From: Glaciecola sp.
GTDB taxonomy: Bacteria > Pseudomonadota > Gammaproteobacteria > Enterobacterales > Alteromonadaceae
Direction of reading: 5' to 3'
Assembly: GCA_029246415.1 (NCBI GenBank)
Contig: JAQWNF010000039.1
Span: 13,006 to 77,005 of the forward strand
DNA length: 64,000 nt
Below, in pieces: positions 1-9,202 of this stretch. A program made the translations under genes and the position numbers. How positions within the stretch are numbered: the stretch's first letter is position 1; the number at the start of each line of letters is the position of its first letter. The notes below the pieces were generated by a model. That model had not been told where the DNA came from and made no database searches. It saw only the letters and a program-made list of their open reading frames with translations.

Positions 1-1137
1 ACAGGTAACCCAATTCCACAATTAGGTCTTGGCTCAACGCTAGCCGATGGTAGCGGTGTGTATCTATTAGACAGACTCGACTTAGTGGTGACCGATTTAG
101 GATTTAAAGAATATACCGTCTCCAAAATGGGTGGCACGTTAAATATGTTTGCATATACCTTGTCACTAATGATTGGTACTGCAGGTCTACCACACGTTAT
201 TATGCGCTTCTTCACTGTTCCATCAGTAAAAGCTGCGCGTGCTTCAGCTGGTTATGCACTAATATTTATCGCTTTATTATACACTGTTGCTCCAGCGGTA
301 GGTGCAATGGCTCGCTACAACTTAATGAACACCATTGAGCCAAGTGCAGGTCAAAACTTAGATTATGAACAACGTCCACAGTGGTTCAAAGATTGGGAAA
401 AAACTGGTCTTTTAGAATTCTCTGACAAAAATGGCGACGGCAAAATCCAATACACAGCTGATGCAACGACAAATGAAATGGTTAAAGTAGACCGTGACAT
501 TATGGTACTTGCTAACCCTTCTATTGCAAATCTTCCTAACTGGGTAATTGCATTAGTAGCAGCAGGTGGTTTGGCAGCAGCGCTATCGACGGCAGCCGGC
601 TTATTATTGGCTATATCCTCTTCAATATCTCACGATTTACTCAAAGGGATATTAACGCCGGATATGACCGAGAAAACCGAATTGTTAACAGGGCGTATAG
701 TCATGTCGGTATCAATTCTATTTGCGGGTTATTTGGGGCTCAATCCACCAGGGTTTGCCGCAGGTACAGTAGCATTAGCATTTGGATTAGCGGCTTCGTC
801 AATATTCCCAGCCTTAATGATGGGTATATTCTCTCGTTCAATGAACGACAAAGGTGCAATAGCCGGTATGTGTGCTGGTTTAGGTGTGACAATGCTTTAT
901 GTATTCCAGCATAAAGGCATCATGTTTATTCCAGGTACTAGTTTCTTAGGCGATATGCCTGCAGATTGGTTCCTTGGTATATCACCTAACGCTTTTGGTG
1001 CTGTAGGTGCCATAGTAAACTTCTCAGTTGCTTTCATCGTACTTAAAATGACGCAACCTGCTCCTCAAGTAATCAGAGACTTAGTTGATAATTTCCGTTC
1101 ACCACATGGTGAAATCGCGGAAGCACATGATCACTAA
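1..1137 (+). CDS. actP: Cation/acetate symporter ActP (SSS family), C-terminal part; 5' end lies outside the window
   Basis: Frame 1 is open from base 1 to the stop at 1137. Translation shows SSS/ActP-like segments (PHVIMRFFTV, AAGGLAAALSTAAGLLLAISSSISHDL) and multiple TM helices. A hairpin/T-run terminator follows. Confidence 0.8.
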   Translation, partial: TGNPIPQLGLGSTLADGSGVYLLDRLDLVVTDLGFKEYTVSKMGGTLNMFAYTLSLMIGTAGLPHVIMRFFTVPSVKAARASAGYALIFIALLYTVAPAVGAMARYNLMNTIEPSAGQNLDYEQRPQWFKDWEKTGLLEFSDKNGDGKIQYTADATTNEMVKVDRDIMVLANPSIANLPNWVIALVAAGGLAAALSTAAGLLLAISSSISHDLLKGILTPDMTEKTELLTGRIVMSVSILFAGYLGLNPPGFAAGTVALAFGLAASSIFPALMMGIFSRSMNDKGAIAGMCAGLGVTMLYVFQHKGIMFIPGTSFLGDMPADWFLGISPNAFGAVGAIVNFSVAFIVLKMTQPAPQVIRDLVDNFRSPHGEIAEAHDH

Positions 1138-1162
1138 ACATGATTAATCGTTGATTAAAAAA

Positions 1163-1189
1163 CCTCCAACAGTTGGAGGTTTTTTTTTT
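1163..1189 (+). terminator. Rho-independent terminator after actP
   Basis: Stem cctccaac (1163-1170) / gttggagg (1172-1179), followed by a 10-T run (1180-1189). Confidence 0.85.
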
Positions 1190-1268
1190 ATTTTTGAGTA
1201 AGTGGTCGTTTTATAATACAGTCTTATACTAGTCCTTAATGTAGTAACAATTTTAGTAGGTTTAACGC

Positions 1269-1736
1269 ATGATTTTTCAGTACCTGAACAAACTCAACCG
1301 GCACACAAAAATAGCTATATTTGTTGCCCCAATTTTAGTAATTTTAGGTTTTGCCGCTTCCGATCTATGGATCGAAAATAAAGCCTCCGAAGCCCGTTTT
1401 TTTGTAATGACACCAGAGTCAGGGGTGTGTGATATTTTGGCTAGCAAGTGTGTGCTAGTATCAGGTGAATTTAAAATAAGTGTTTATCAAGAAAATGGCT
1501 TAACCACCATTAATTCAACTTTTCCTCTAGATACCGCCAACTTGTTTTTAGTTGATGAAAATGACATTGCAAGTGTGTTTCCGATGGGTATGAAAGACAG
1601 CCCTTACTATTGGTTTCAATCTACACCACTAGAAGTCTTAGCAAAATCGCCTGGTAGCCGTCAAAAAGTGCGTTTGATAGCTACGGTTAAGGGGGGGCAA
1701 TATATATCTGAATTTTATTCCGTAACAGGTAGTTAA
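1269..1736 (+). CDS. Hypothetical membrane-anchored protein (155 aa)
   Basis: ORF with a single N-terminal TM helix (IAIFVAPILVILGFAASDLWI). No family recognised. Same strand as, and upstream of, the DUF294-type gene. A -10-like tataat lies at 1212-1217. Confidence 0.5.
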   Translation: MIFQYLNKLNRHTKIAIFVAPILVILGFAASDLWIENKASEARFFVMTPESGVCDILASKCVLVSGEFKISVYQENGLTTINSTFPLDTANLFLVDENDIASVFPMGMKDSPYYWFQSTPLEVLAKSPGSRQKVRLIATVKGGQYISEFYSVTGS

Positions 1737-1847
1737 TGGAGTATCTAGACCATTTTGGTCATGATGCAATTACTGACAGTAACAATTCTGCCGTAACCAC
1801 CGCATCATTTAGTGAGTTATGGGCATAGTGTAATAAGGACATAATGT

Positions 1848-3680
1848 ATGAGCGATATCCCTCACCAAGTCAGTGACTTTATCTCTAAATCAGCACCCTT
1901 TGATGTACTGGATGAAGATAAAGTCAGCGCTATTGCCACTAAAATCAAAGTCATTTACCTTACACCTGATAACCAAACCTCGTTGTTAAAAGAACATCAA
2001 GCTTCATTGTTTTTGATTCAAACAGGACAGTTCACCATTACCGATGAAAATGGCAATGAGCGACATTTAAGTGAAGGCGATTATTTTGGTTTTATCGCAT
2101 TGATGGAACCTGGTAAAGGTCAAATAGAAGTCAAAATTGATAGTCCCGGGGTAGTGTATTGTATTCCTAAAACGATGTTCGATGTGGCATTAGAAAATCG
2201 TCGGGTGAAAAAATTTTTTACCGCTGCCAAAGATGATGTGTTGCTGAATCAGGCCGTGGAAGATTCAAATTCTATGTGGCTGTATAAACCGCTACATGAA
2301 CAACTCACTAAAGCGCCTATTCAAATAGCTCAACACGCCAGTATTCAATTAGCCGCTCAAAAAATGTCAAAGCATGGGGTCAGTTCATTGATTGTTACTG
2401 AAGATGATCATCTCATTGGCATAGTGACCGATCGCGATTTACGTAATCGTGTCGTGGCTGAGGGAATGGATATTAGTTTGGATGTAAGTACCATCATGAC
2501 CGAGAACCCTGCTTATGTATTACATAACCAAAATATGTTCTCTGCAATTTCGCTGATGAGTGAAAAAAACATTCATCATTTACCTGTATTGCATGCCGAT
2601 GACCGTTCCCCTGTGGGTATGGTAACGACTTCAGATGTTATTAGAAAACAACGTGGTAATGTGTTGTTTATGATTGGGGAGCTCTCCAAAACTACAAATC
2701 TATATGAGTTAACTCGGATTGCGTGGCAGATACCTCAATATTTTGCTGCGAATGCAAAACGCGCGGGAGATTTTGATATTGCAGGCAAAGTACTCTCGCA
2801 AGCTACCGATATTATGACCAGAAAATTAATCGCGTTTTTTATTGAGCAACATGGCCCTGCACCTATGGGGTATTGTTGGGTGGTATATGGCTCGCAAGCA
2901 CGCGAAGACCAAACAATGGGGTCAGATCAGGATAATGCGTTGTTATTAGCGCAAAGCCCCAATGAAGCGGAGGCAGAGTATTTTAAGCAAATGGCTGAGT
3001 ATGTGTGCAAAGGCTTGGGTAAATGTGGGATTAAACTTTGTGATGGCAATATTATGGCATCTAATCCCGAATTACGTTTAAGTGTGGATGACGCTGTAGC
3101 TCAGGCTAAAAAATGGATCAATCAGCCAACCCCAGAAGCTATTTTAGCGTTTAATATCTTTTTGGATGCTAGAGCAGTCGAAGGTGACCGCACATTATTT
3201 AAAAACTTACAACAACGCCGCAAACCCTTGTTCAAAAATGCTTTTTTCTTAGCTGCATTAGCCAGAAGTGCTAACAGCGATGCCGTACCATTATCGGTGT
3301 TTAATAAATTTGTGTATCGCAAACACAATGGCAAGAAAGATTGTATTAATCTTAAAGTCAACGCTATCGCCTTGATTAACAATCTAGCGCGTTTATATTC
3401 ACTTTCCGCCGGTATTACCGTATCCAATACCGTTGAGCGTTTAAATATTTTGGGACAAATCAACGCAATCAGCACTGAAGAGGCTAATAATTTACGCGAT
3501 ATTTGGTTATTCTTAAATCGCCTGCGCTGGCGCCATCAGTTGCGAAATAACGTGACGGATAATAATATTAGCGTGTCCGATTTATCTTCGTTGGAACGGC
3601 ACCAGTTAAAAGCCTCATTTAAGTCTATTCACCGAGCCCAGCAAGCCGTTGTCATGAAACTATCCGGTGGGGTAGCTTAA
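1848..3680 (+). CDS. cNMP-binding / tandem CBS / DUF294-type nucleotidyltransferase (putative signal-transducing NTase)
   Basis: 610 aa. N-terminal cNMP-binding-like region, CBS pair (IVTDRDLRNRV, MVTTSDVIRKQ), pol-beta-type NTase motif YGSQAREDQTMGSDQDNALLL, helical C-terminal domain. Confidence 0.8.
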   Translation: MSDIPHQVSDFISKSAPFDVLDEDKVSAIATKIKVIYLTPDNQTSLLKEHQASLFLIQTGQFTITDENGNERHLSEGDYFGFIALMEPGKGQIEVKIDSPGVVYCIPKTMFDVALENRRVKKFFTAAKDDVLLNQAVEDSNSMWLYKPLHEQLTKAPIQIAQHASIQLAAQKMSKHGVSSLIVTEDDHLIGIVTDRDLRNRVVAEGMDISLDVSTIMTENPAYVLHNQNMFSAISLMSEKNIHHLPVLHADDRSPVGMVTTSDVIRKQRGNVLFMIGELSKTTNLYELTRIAWQIPQYFAANAKRAGDFDIAGKVLSQATDIMTRKLIAFFIEQHGPAPMGYCWVVYGSQAREDQTMGSDQDNALLLAQSPNEAEAEYFKQMAEYVCKGLGKCGIKLCDGNIMASNPELRLSVDDAVAQAKKWINQPTPEAILAFNIFLDARAVEGDRTLFKNLQQRRKPLFKNAFFLAALARSANSDAVPLSVFNKFVYRKHNGKKDCINLKVNAIALINNLARLYSLSAGITVSNTVERLNILGQINAISTEEANNLRDIWLFLNRLRWRHQLRNNVTDNNISVSDLSSLERHQLKASFKSIHRAQQAVVMKLSGGVA

Positions 3681-4372
3681 TGGGAATATTGGCCAATATA
3701 TGTAGTAAATTAAAGGCTTTTTTTGGTCAGCATCAAGGACTACCTGAAGCTGTCGCTGATCGTGCGCTGAAAGATTGTCGTTGGCTTGCAGTAGATTTTG
3801 AATTTAGTTGTATGGATACAAAGACCGCTAAATTTATGTCAGCGGGTTGGATAGAGGGCACCTCAACGGGTATTGATTTAGAGAGTGGTTATTACCGTTT
3901 GATTAGAGCCAAAGGTGACCTGGCACAAAGTCCAATTATTCATGGATTAACTCCGCGGGATATAGCCCGAGGATTTCATGTGAAAGAATTATTTGAACAA
4001 ATCATGCAATTCTCTGACAGCCATATTTGGGTATTACATAATGCACAATTAGATATGGTCATGCTCAAGCAGCTGAGTATTCGTTTAGAAATGCCTTTGC
4101 CTACCATAGTATGCGTTGATACGATGCAATTAGCCTTGTATCAATTACATAAAACAATGAGTGTGATCCCTACTGGGGCTGCAACGTTAGGCGCATGTCG
4201 CGAACGTCTAGAGCTAGCCCCTGCTTTAGCCCACAATGCATTATCTGATGCGATGGCGACCTTGGAGTTATGGCTAGCCCAAATGCATATATTAGATGCA
4301 ACCGGGAAGACGACATTACAAGAGCTTAAATCAACAGGTGCTATTAAAGTATTTGCTCGTCCTGTGCCTTAA
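3680..4372 (+). CDS. DEDDh 3'-5' exonuclease (DnaQ / Pol III epsilon-like)
   Basis: Exo I VDFEF, Exo II HNAQLDMVM, Exo III HNALSDAMAT. The ATG overlaps the upstream stop (TAATG at 3678-3682). Confidence 0.75.
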   Translation: MGILANICSKLKAFFGQHQGLPEAVADRALKDCRWLAVDFEFSCMDTKTAKFMSAGWIEGTSTGIDLESGYYRLIRAKGDLAQSPIIHGLTPRDIARGFHVKELFEQIMQFSDSHIWVLHNAQLDMVMLKQLSIRLEMPLPTIVCVDTMQLALYQLHKTMSVIPTGAATLGACRERLELAPALAHNALSDAMATLELWLAQMHILDATGKTTLQELKSTGAIKVFARPVP

Positions 4373-6362
4373 AATGCTCAGTAAGCGAGCTTATATAAGG
4401 CGCAAAGTGACGCCACTGGTGTTGTGCATTAGGATTGATAGGCTGGCGAACTTGTTCTGCACTTGGCGTTTTGACATTGCGTTTGGTTTTATGAAACTCT
4501 AAGCACGCAGGATGAAACTCTACCCCAATAAAATCAAGTAATCGACGTACTTGGCCTTCCAAATCCGCTACTAGCTCTTCGTGTTGTACGCGTAAAATAC
4601 TTTCCTCAAAACACGTCTCCCAATGAGACATTAACGCCACATAGTCATCATAATATTGACTGATATCGCTCAACTGATAACTGAACTCTTGGCCTTCTGC
4701 AAATAGTTGTTTATAACCGCTAAAGCAACAAGCTACAGGCTCACGCCGAGCATCAATGATTTTTGCATTAGGTAGGATTTTTTTAATTAACCCAAGGTGA
4801 CGGAAATTATTCGGCATTTTATCAATGAAATAGGGCGTATTTTGTGTGCGATGAATTTGCGTATCATTAATGTAGCTCTGACCCCATTTAGTTAATTCTG
4901 CTTCAGAAAAACCTGCAAGGTTAGCAGGGTAGGCGTTATCAGATTTGTAACGGCCTGTTAGCTTGCGTGCCAGTGCCAATATGTTGGGCAGCTCACTGGT
5001 CCCTTCAATCAGAGGGTGGGATGCTAATATCTGTTCAATTAAAGTAGAGCCTGCACGAGGTAAGCCGACAATAAAAATCGGGTCAGAGTCATTACATGTG
5101 GATAATACTTGTGTAAATATATCTGCTGGGCAGTGCTCGATTTGTGCTTGCATCTGTTGCGATGTCTCAGCAGCTTGATAGTTCAATTGTGCATGTTTCA
5201 GATCATTACCTTGCTCATAGAAGCTAAAAGATTGAGCATAATCACCTTTATCTTCAAACGCTTTACCTAGTGCGAAACAAATATGATATTTATCCATCAC
5301 TTGCACATGAGATTGGGTAACAACTTTCACCATAGTGTTGATTATTGCACTGTCAAAACTGAATGTTTTTAAATTAGCTAAGCTCCAATATGCATCACCA
5401 AAATCAGGCTTAAGCTCGCAAGCTTTAAGATAATCGGCAACCGCAGCATCAGGCTGACCAATTGTTTTATAGGCATGGCCACGTTGAACGAAAACAGGGG
5501 CATGAGTGGGTAATTGCGCCAGTACTGAATCAAAATGGCGAATAGCTTGTTCAGTTTGGCCAATCGCTACACATTGATTCGCCAGTGCTAATTCAGCCAG
5601 AGGCAAATGTGGATGGCTCTCAAATAACGCTAGGGCTAACGTGTAAGCTTGGTCAAATAGCTGGCGTTTTTGTAAAACTTGAATCAGTTCAAGCTGTAAA
5701 TCTGTGCTATGAGGCGCCATATCGGCAGCGCTGGATAACAATACTTGTGCATCTTCAAGGATGTTTAATTTAATGGCAATTTTAGATAACAACCGCATCG
5801 CAGGAATATGACTAGGTTGCTTCATCAAAAAATCACGAGTTAAGCGTTCGGCTTTAGCTATTTTGCCTTCATAGAAGGCGCTTTGTGCTGCTAACAAATA
5901 GGGTGGTAAGGCACTGAGTTCTTGAATTTTAGCTTTCGATTCACGCACCATCTCAGGTTCATTTAATGCTGCAAATATATGACTTAGCTGTTGCCAACTA
6001 GCAAGCAAACCCGGATGTAGTTGTACTGCCATTTGATAGGCATTTATCGCTTCTGGAAACTTAGCTTGAATGCGATAACAATGACCTAGCTCTTGATATC
6101 CTCGTGCATATTCAGGGTGCGCTGCTAGCAATAGCGTGATGGTATCAATGGCTTGTACTACATCTTGTAGATATCGATGACACACCGCCTTTAAATACAA
6201 ACCTTGTCGATCCGTCGGATGAGCTTTTAAACATTGGTTTAAAATTTGTAACGCTGCCGGAAATTGTTGTGCTTTTACTTGCGCCTCTGCTTGTGCTAAT
6301 GGTGTCTCTGTTGGCGAGTGTTTTATAGAGTCGGTAGTGGTCATTGTGATGTCATTATTCAC
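4344..6362 (-). CDS. TPR-repeat-containing sulfotransferase family protein
   Basis: 672 aa. About 400 aa of TPR-like repeats, then a sulfotransferase core with PAPS 5'-PSB motif GLPRAGSTLIEQIL and 3'-PB-like RREPVACCFSGYK. No signal peptide. GTG start at 6362 (alternative ATG at 6344). Confidence 0.8.
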   Translation of the reverse strand: MNNDITMTTTDSIKHSPTETPLAQAEAQVKAQQFPAALQILNQCLKAHPTDRQGLYLKAVCHRYLQDVVQAIDTITLLLAAHPEYARGYQELGHCYRIQAKFPEAINAYQMAVQLHPGLLASWQQLSHIFAALNEPEMVRESKAKIQELSALPPYLLAAQSAFYEGKIAKAERLTRDFLMKQPSHIPAMRLLSKIAIKLNILEDAQVLLSSAADMAPHSTDLQLELIQVLQKRQLFDQAYTLALALFESHPHLPLAELALANQCVAIGQTEQAIRHFDSVLAQLPTHAPVFVQRGHAYKTIGQPDAAVADYLKACELKPDFGDAYWSLANLKTFSFDSAIINTMVKVVTQSHVQVMDKYHICFALGKAFEDKGDYAQSFSFYEQGNDLKHAQLNYQAAETSQQMQAQIEHCPADIFTQVLSTCNDSDPIFIVGLPRAGSTLIEQILASHPLIEGTSELPNILALARKLTGRYKSDNAYPANLAGFSEAELTKWGQSYINDTQIHRTQNTPYFIDKMPNNFRHLGLIKKILPNAKIIDARREPVACCFSGYKQLFAEGQEFSYQLSDISQYYDDYVALMSHWETCFEESILRVQHEELVADLEGQVRRLLDFIGVEFHPACLEFHKTKRNVKTPSAEQVRQPINPNAQHQWRHFAPYISSLTEHFKAQDEQIL

Positions 6363-6373
6363 TTATTAGGTAC

Positions 6374-6410
6374 GAAAAAAAATCCCTGCATTATCAAACA
6401 ATACAGGGAT
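6374..6410 (-). terminator. Rho-independent terminator after the 826-aa TonB-dependent receptor
   Basis: Minus-strand stem atccctg/cagggat (6382-6388 / 6404-6410), followed on the minus strand by a T-run (plus-strand A-run at 6375-6382). Confidence 0.65.
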
Positions 6411-6457
6411 TATTGAACTAATAACAGAGCGTCATTAGTCTTAGTATAACGTATATA

Positions 6458-8938
6458 TTAGTAATACGTATAGTTTACGCTCATACCAATAGTACGAGGA
6501 CGATTGGTGCTAATACGCTTAATATCGTCTTGGTCGTTGATGAACAATGTTGCGCGTTCGTCAGTCACATTGTCGATATAAAACTTCACACGCCACGAGT
6601 CTTTGCTGATACCAAAGTTAGCATTGAGTAACTGGTAACCGTCTTGCTCTTCACGCTCAGAAGCAACAATCGAGCTGTAGCTTTTAGATGCATGTTGCAA
6701 TGCTAGTTGCCAATCCATGTCAAAGTCTTGATATTCCCAGTCGTAACGTACACGCACATTCCCTTGTACCGCAGGGGTAACTGGTAACTCAGAACCGACT
6801 GGAGCCATTTCAATTACTTGGGCACGAGTTGCAGTTAGCTCGGTTTTGTTGAAAGAGAATGCACCGTAAATGGTTAAGTTGTCAGTCGCAATATATTCAA
6901 AGTCAGTCTCTAGACCTTGAATTTTTGAATCGGCAGCGTTTTCGATAAAGGTTAAGATCGATACGTTTTGCGGATCAAAACGAGACGTCTGCATGTTGCT
7001 CCAATCTATATAATATACATTACCGTTGAAACGTAAGCTTTGGTCTAGTAACAATGATTTCCAACCAAATTCATAGTTAGTCACATCATCGGTAGCATAA
7101 GTAATACCAACTGTTGGGAAATCAGGGTTAGTTGAGGCAACACCACCACCACGGTTAAAGCCACCTGGGCGGAAACCTTCAGAATAAGCTGCATAATACA
7201 AGATAGAGTCAGTCGCTTGATAGGCTAAGCTAAACTTAGGAATGACACCGTCTTCTTGTAAAGGCTCAGTAGTGTGACCACCTGAACTATCATAATCACG
7301 ACCACGGTCAGTATTCATAGAACCTTGGAATATACCGTCGGCAAAGTTAGATGAACCAGTGTAATCAGACTCAATGTCATACCAACGCAAACCAATGGTT
7401 GCTGCTAGTTTATCGGTAATGGCATAAGAGGCTTCACCGAATACAGCAATTTGTTCTTCGCTACGCGTAATATCATTAAAGAATGAAACACCGACAGGAC
7501 GAGTATTTGGGTTAATGCTATTAGCAGTACTTATAGGGGCATTAGGTGCAAAACCAAGTTCTTCCATGGCTACATAGACATAATCATCTTGAGTTTTGAT
7601 TTCCACATCATCAAGATAAATACCCGCAGTCAAACTTAGGCGGTCATTAAAATCAGTTGAAAAACGTAACTCATGGGTAATACGAGAATGTTCTTGTTGG
7701 CCTTTAAAGCCTTTAGTTGGATCTTTACATTCACGGTTTTCCGTAATGAATTCGGGTGAAATGTTGTAGTTTACAACATAGTCAGGATTGGTATACGTAC
7801 AAGTATAATACGCAATAAAACCACCTGAGTTGTTATAACCAGTATAATCGATAGATTGCTCTACTTCACGGTCAAGGAATGCACCTGCATATACCACGTC
7901 TAACGCGCCAAGCTTACCTTCTACAACCAAAGAGGTTAAATCGACATCATCACGTAATGAGTCAGGGAAATAACGCTCAACTTGCAAGTCGCCTACTTCT
8001 GGATCGTAATCAAATACCCCATCCGCACCCAAAGATTGAGTGGTATGTTGTAATAATAATGACCATGAATCATTGATGAAATATTTTAAACCAAAACGAC
8101 CACCTTGATAGAAACTATCATTGAAGTCATCTTCAGCTAAAGCAAGGTTAGACGCACTTTCATAAGTTGCATCTGGACCTAGATCTAATACTGATGCGCT
8201 GTTAATCGCTGGATCGGTTGAGAACGTGCCAGCTACGTTATCAATATAACCACCACGGTTCACACTGTACATCGCAGCACGGAATGACAAATCATCGCTA
8301 AGTGGGATATTGATAAAGCCTTCAGCTGAAGTGCTCATCTCACCGTGTTTAGTAGATTCTAAACGAGTGCTAAACCCAGCTTCAAAATCACTAGTTGGCT
8401 TGTTAGTAATATAACGGATTGTACCCGCTTGTGAGCTTGCACCGAATAACGTGCCCTGTGGACCTGGCAATACTTCGATACGCTCTAAATCTGTTGCGTA
8501 TAAGTCTAAGTTACGACCCGGTGCAGTTACTGGCTGTTCGTCAATATACAGAGCAACATTTGGCATTGTACCTTGCGCACCAGATAACATAACGGTGATT
8601 GGCTGGATTGCCATACCACGAATAAATACGTCTGATTGACCTGGACCACGACCACCTAGAGTAATGTTAGGAACATAACGTGCAAAGTCATCAAAGTTGC
8701 TGATGTTTTGTTCTTTCAGTGCTTCACCGTTTAACGCTTGCACGGCGACAGGAGTGCTTTGAATGTTTTGCGAACGTTTGGTTGCAGTGACTTCTATTGT
8801 TTCGATTTTTTGCTCTTCGGCAGCATTTGGCAAGGCGTTAGCGACAATAGTAGGTTGTGTTATAGCTAATGCTGTACATACCGCAAACGCTAGTTTTGAC
8901 GGCTTAGGTAGGCGTTGTGAGCCTAGAATATGATTCAT
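6458..8938 (-). CDS. TonB-dependent receptor (826 aa)
   Basis: Signal peptide, TonB-box-like IETIEVTA, plug motifs (RIEVLPGPQGTLFGASS), long beta-barrel ending in an aromatic residue (NYTYY). Confidence 0.9.
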   Translation of the reverse strand: MNHILGSQRLPKPSKLAFAVCTALAITQPTIVANALPNAAEEQKIETIEVTATKRSQNIQSTPVAVQALNGEALKEQNISNFDDFARYVPNITLGGRGPGQSDVFIRGMAIQPITVMLSGAQGTMPNVALYIDEQPVTAPGRNLDLYATDLERIEVLPGPQGTLFGASSQAGTIRYITNKPTSDFEAGFSTRLESTKHGEMSTSAEGFINIPLSDDLSFRAAMYSVNRGGYIDNVAGTFSTDPAINSASVLDLGPDATYESASNLALAEDDFNDSFYQGGRFGLKYFINDSWSLLLQHTTQSLGADGVFDYDPEVGDLQVERYFPDSLRDDVDLTSLVVEGKLGALDVVYAGAFLDREVEQSIDYTGYNNSGGFIAYYTCTYTNPDYVVNYNISPEFITENRECKDPTKGFKGQQEHSRITHELRFSTDFNDRLSLTAGIYLDDVEIKTQDDYVYVAMEELGFAPNAPISTANSINPNTRPVGVSFFNDITRSEEQIAVFGEASYAITDKLAATIGLRWYDIESDYTGSSNFADGIFQGSMNTDRGRDYDSSGGHTTEPLQEDGVIPKFSLAYQATDSILYYAAYSEGFRPGGFNRGGGVASTNPDFPTVGITYATDDVTNYEFGWKSLLLDQSLRFNGNVYYIDWSNMQTSRFDPQNVSILTFIENAADSKIQGLETDFEYIATDNLTIYGAFSFNKTELTATRAQVIEMAPVGSELPVTPAVQGNVRVRYDWEYQDFDMDWQLALQHASKSYSSIVASEREEQDGYQLLNANFGISKDSWRVKFYIDNVTDERATLFINDQDDIKRISTNRPRTIGMSVNYTYY

Positions 8939-9202
8939 TTAAATACCAAATAGTTAGTGTTGAATGTATATTTCCAGATTGCAAGTGTACTGATTTACCA
9001 GAAAAATGCAAATTAGCTTGTGTACGAATTATCTGTGTTCTATCTTTTATTGTTCTTTTACTGCTATCTGGTGTGTTATGTTGAAATTTATTTTGTCTGT
9101 TTTTTGTGCGATTTAATTGGTTTTGCGACTATTTGTTGCTAAAAAAGCACCGAGCCTTCAAAATATATGGGATTTATAAATATAATGTGTAGTAATTAGT
9201 TA

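Noticed and set aside
3122-3475. 117-codon ORF antisense to the DUF294-type NTase gene. Similar long antisense ORFs lie at 22488-22859 (in ppc), 29905-30273 (in nqrE), 54619-54948 (in yrbG), 55427-55798 (in kdsD) and 59471-59830 (in rpoN).
   Set aside because: All lie entirely inside well-supported genes on the opposite strand. They have low-complexity or Ser/Cys/Ile-rich translations, no RBS and no recognisable motifs. This is typical shadow-ORF behaviour in AT-rich DNA.
4296-4502. 68-codon plus-strand ORF spanning the exonuclease/sulfotransferase junction.
   Set aside because: It overlaps two supported genes in alternative frames. The translation is basic and low-complexity with no motif support.
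9118-9139. TGGTTTTGCGACTATTTGTTGC upstream of the BCCT gene as a sigma-54 (-24/-12) promoter.
   Set aside because: The GG and GC dinucleotides are not at the required spacing (TGGCAC-N5-TTGCW). No enhancer-binding protein gene is nearby.
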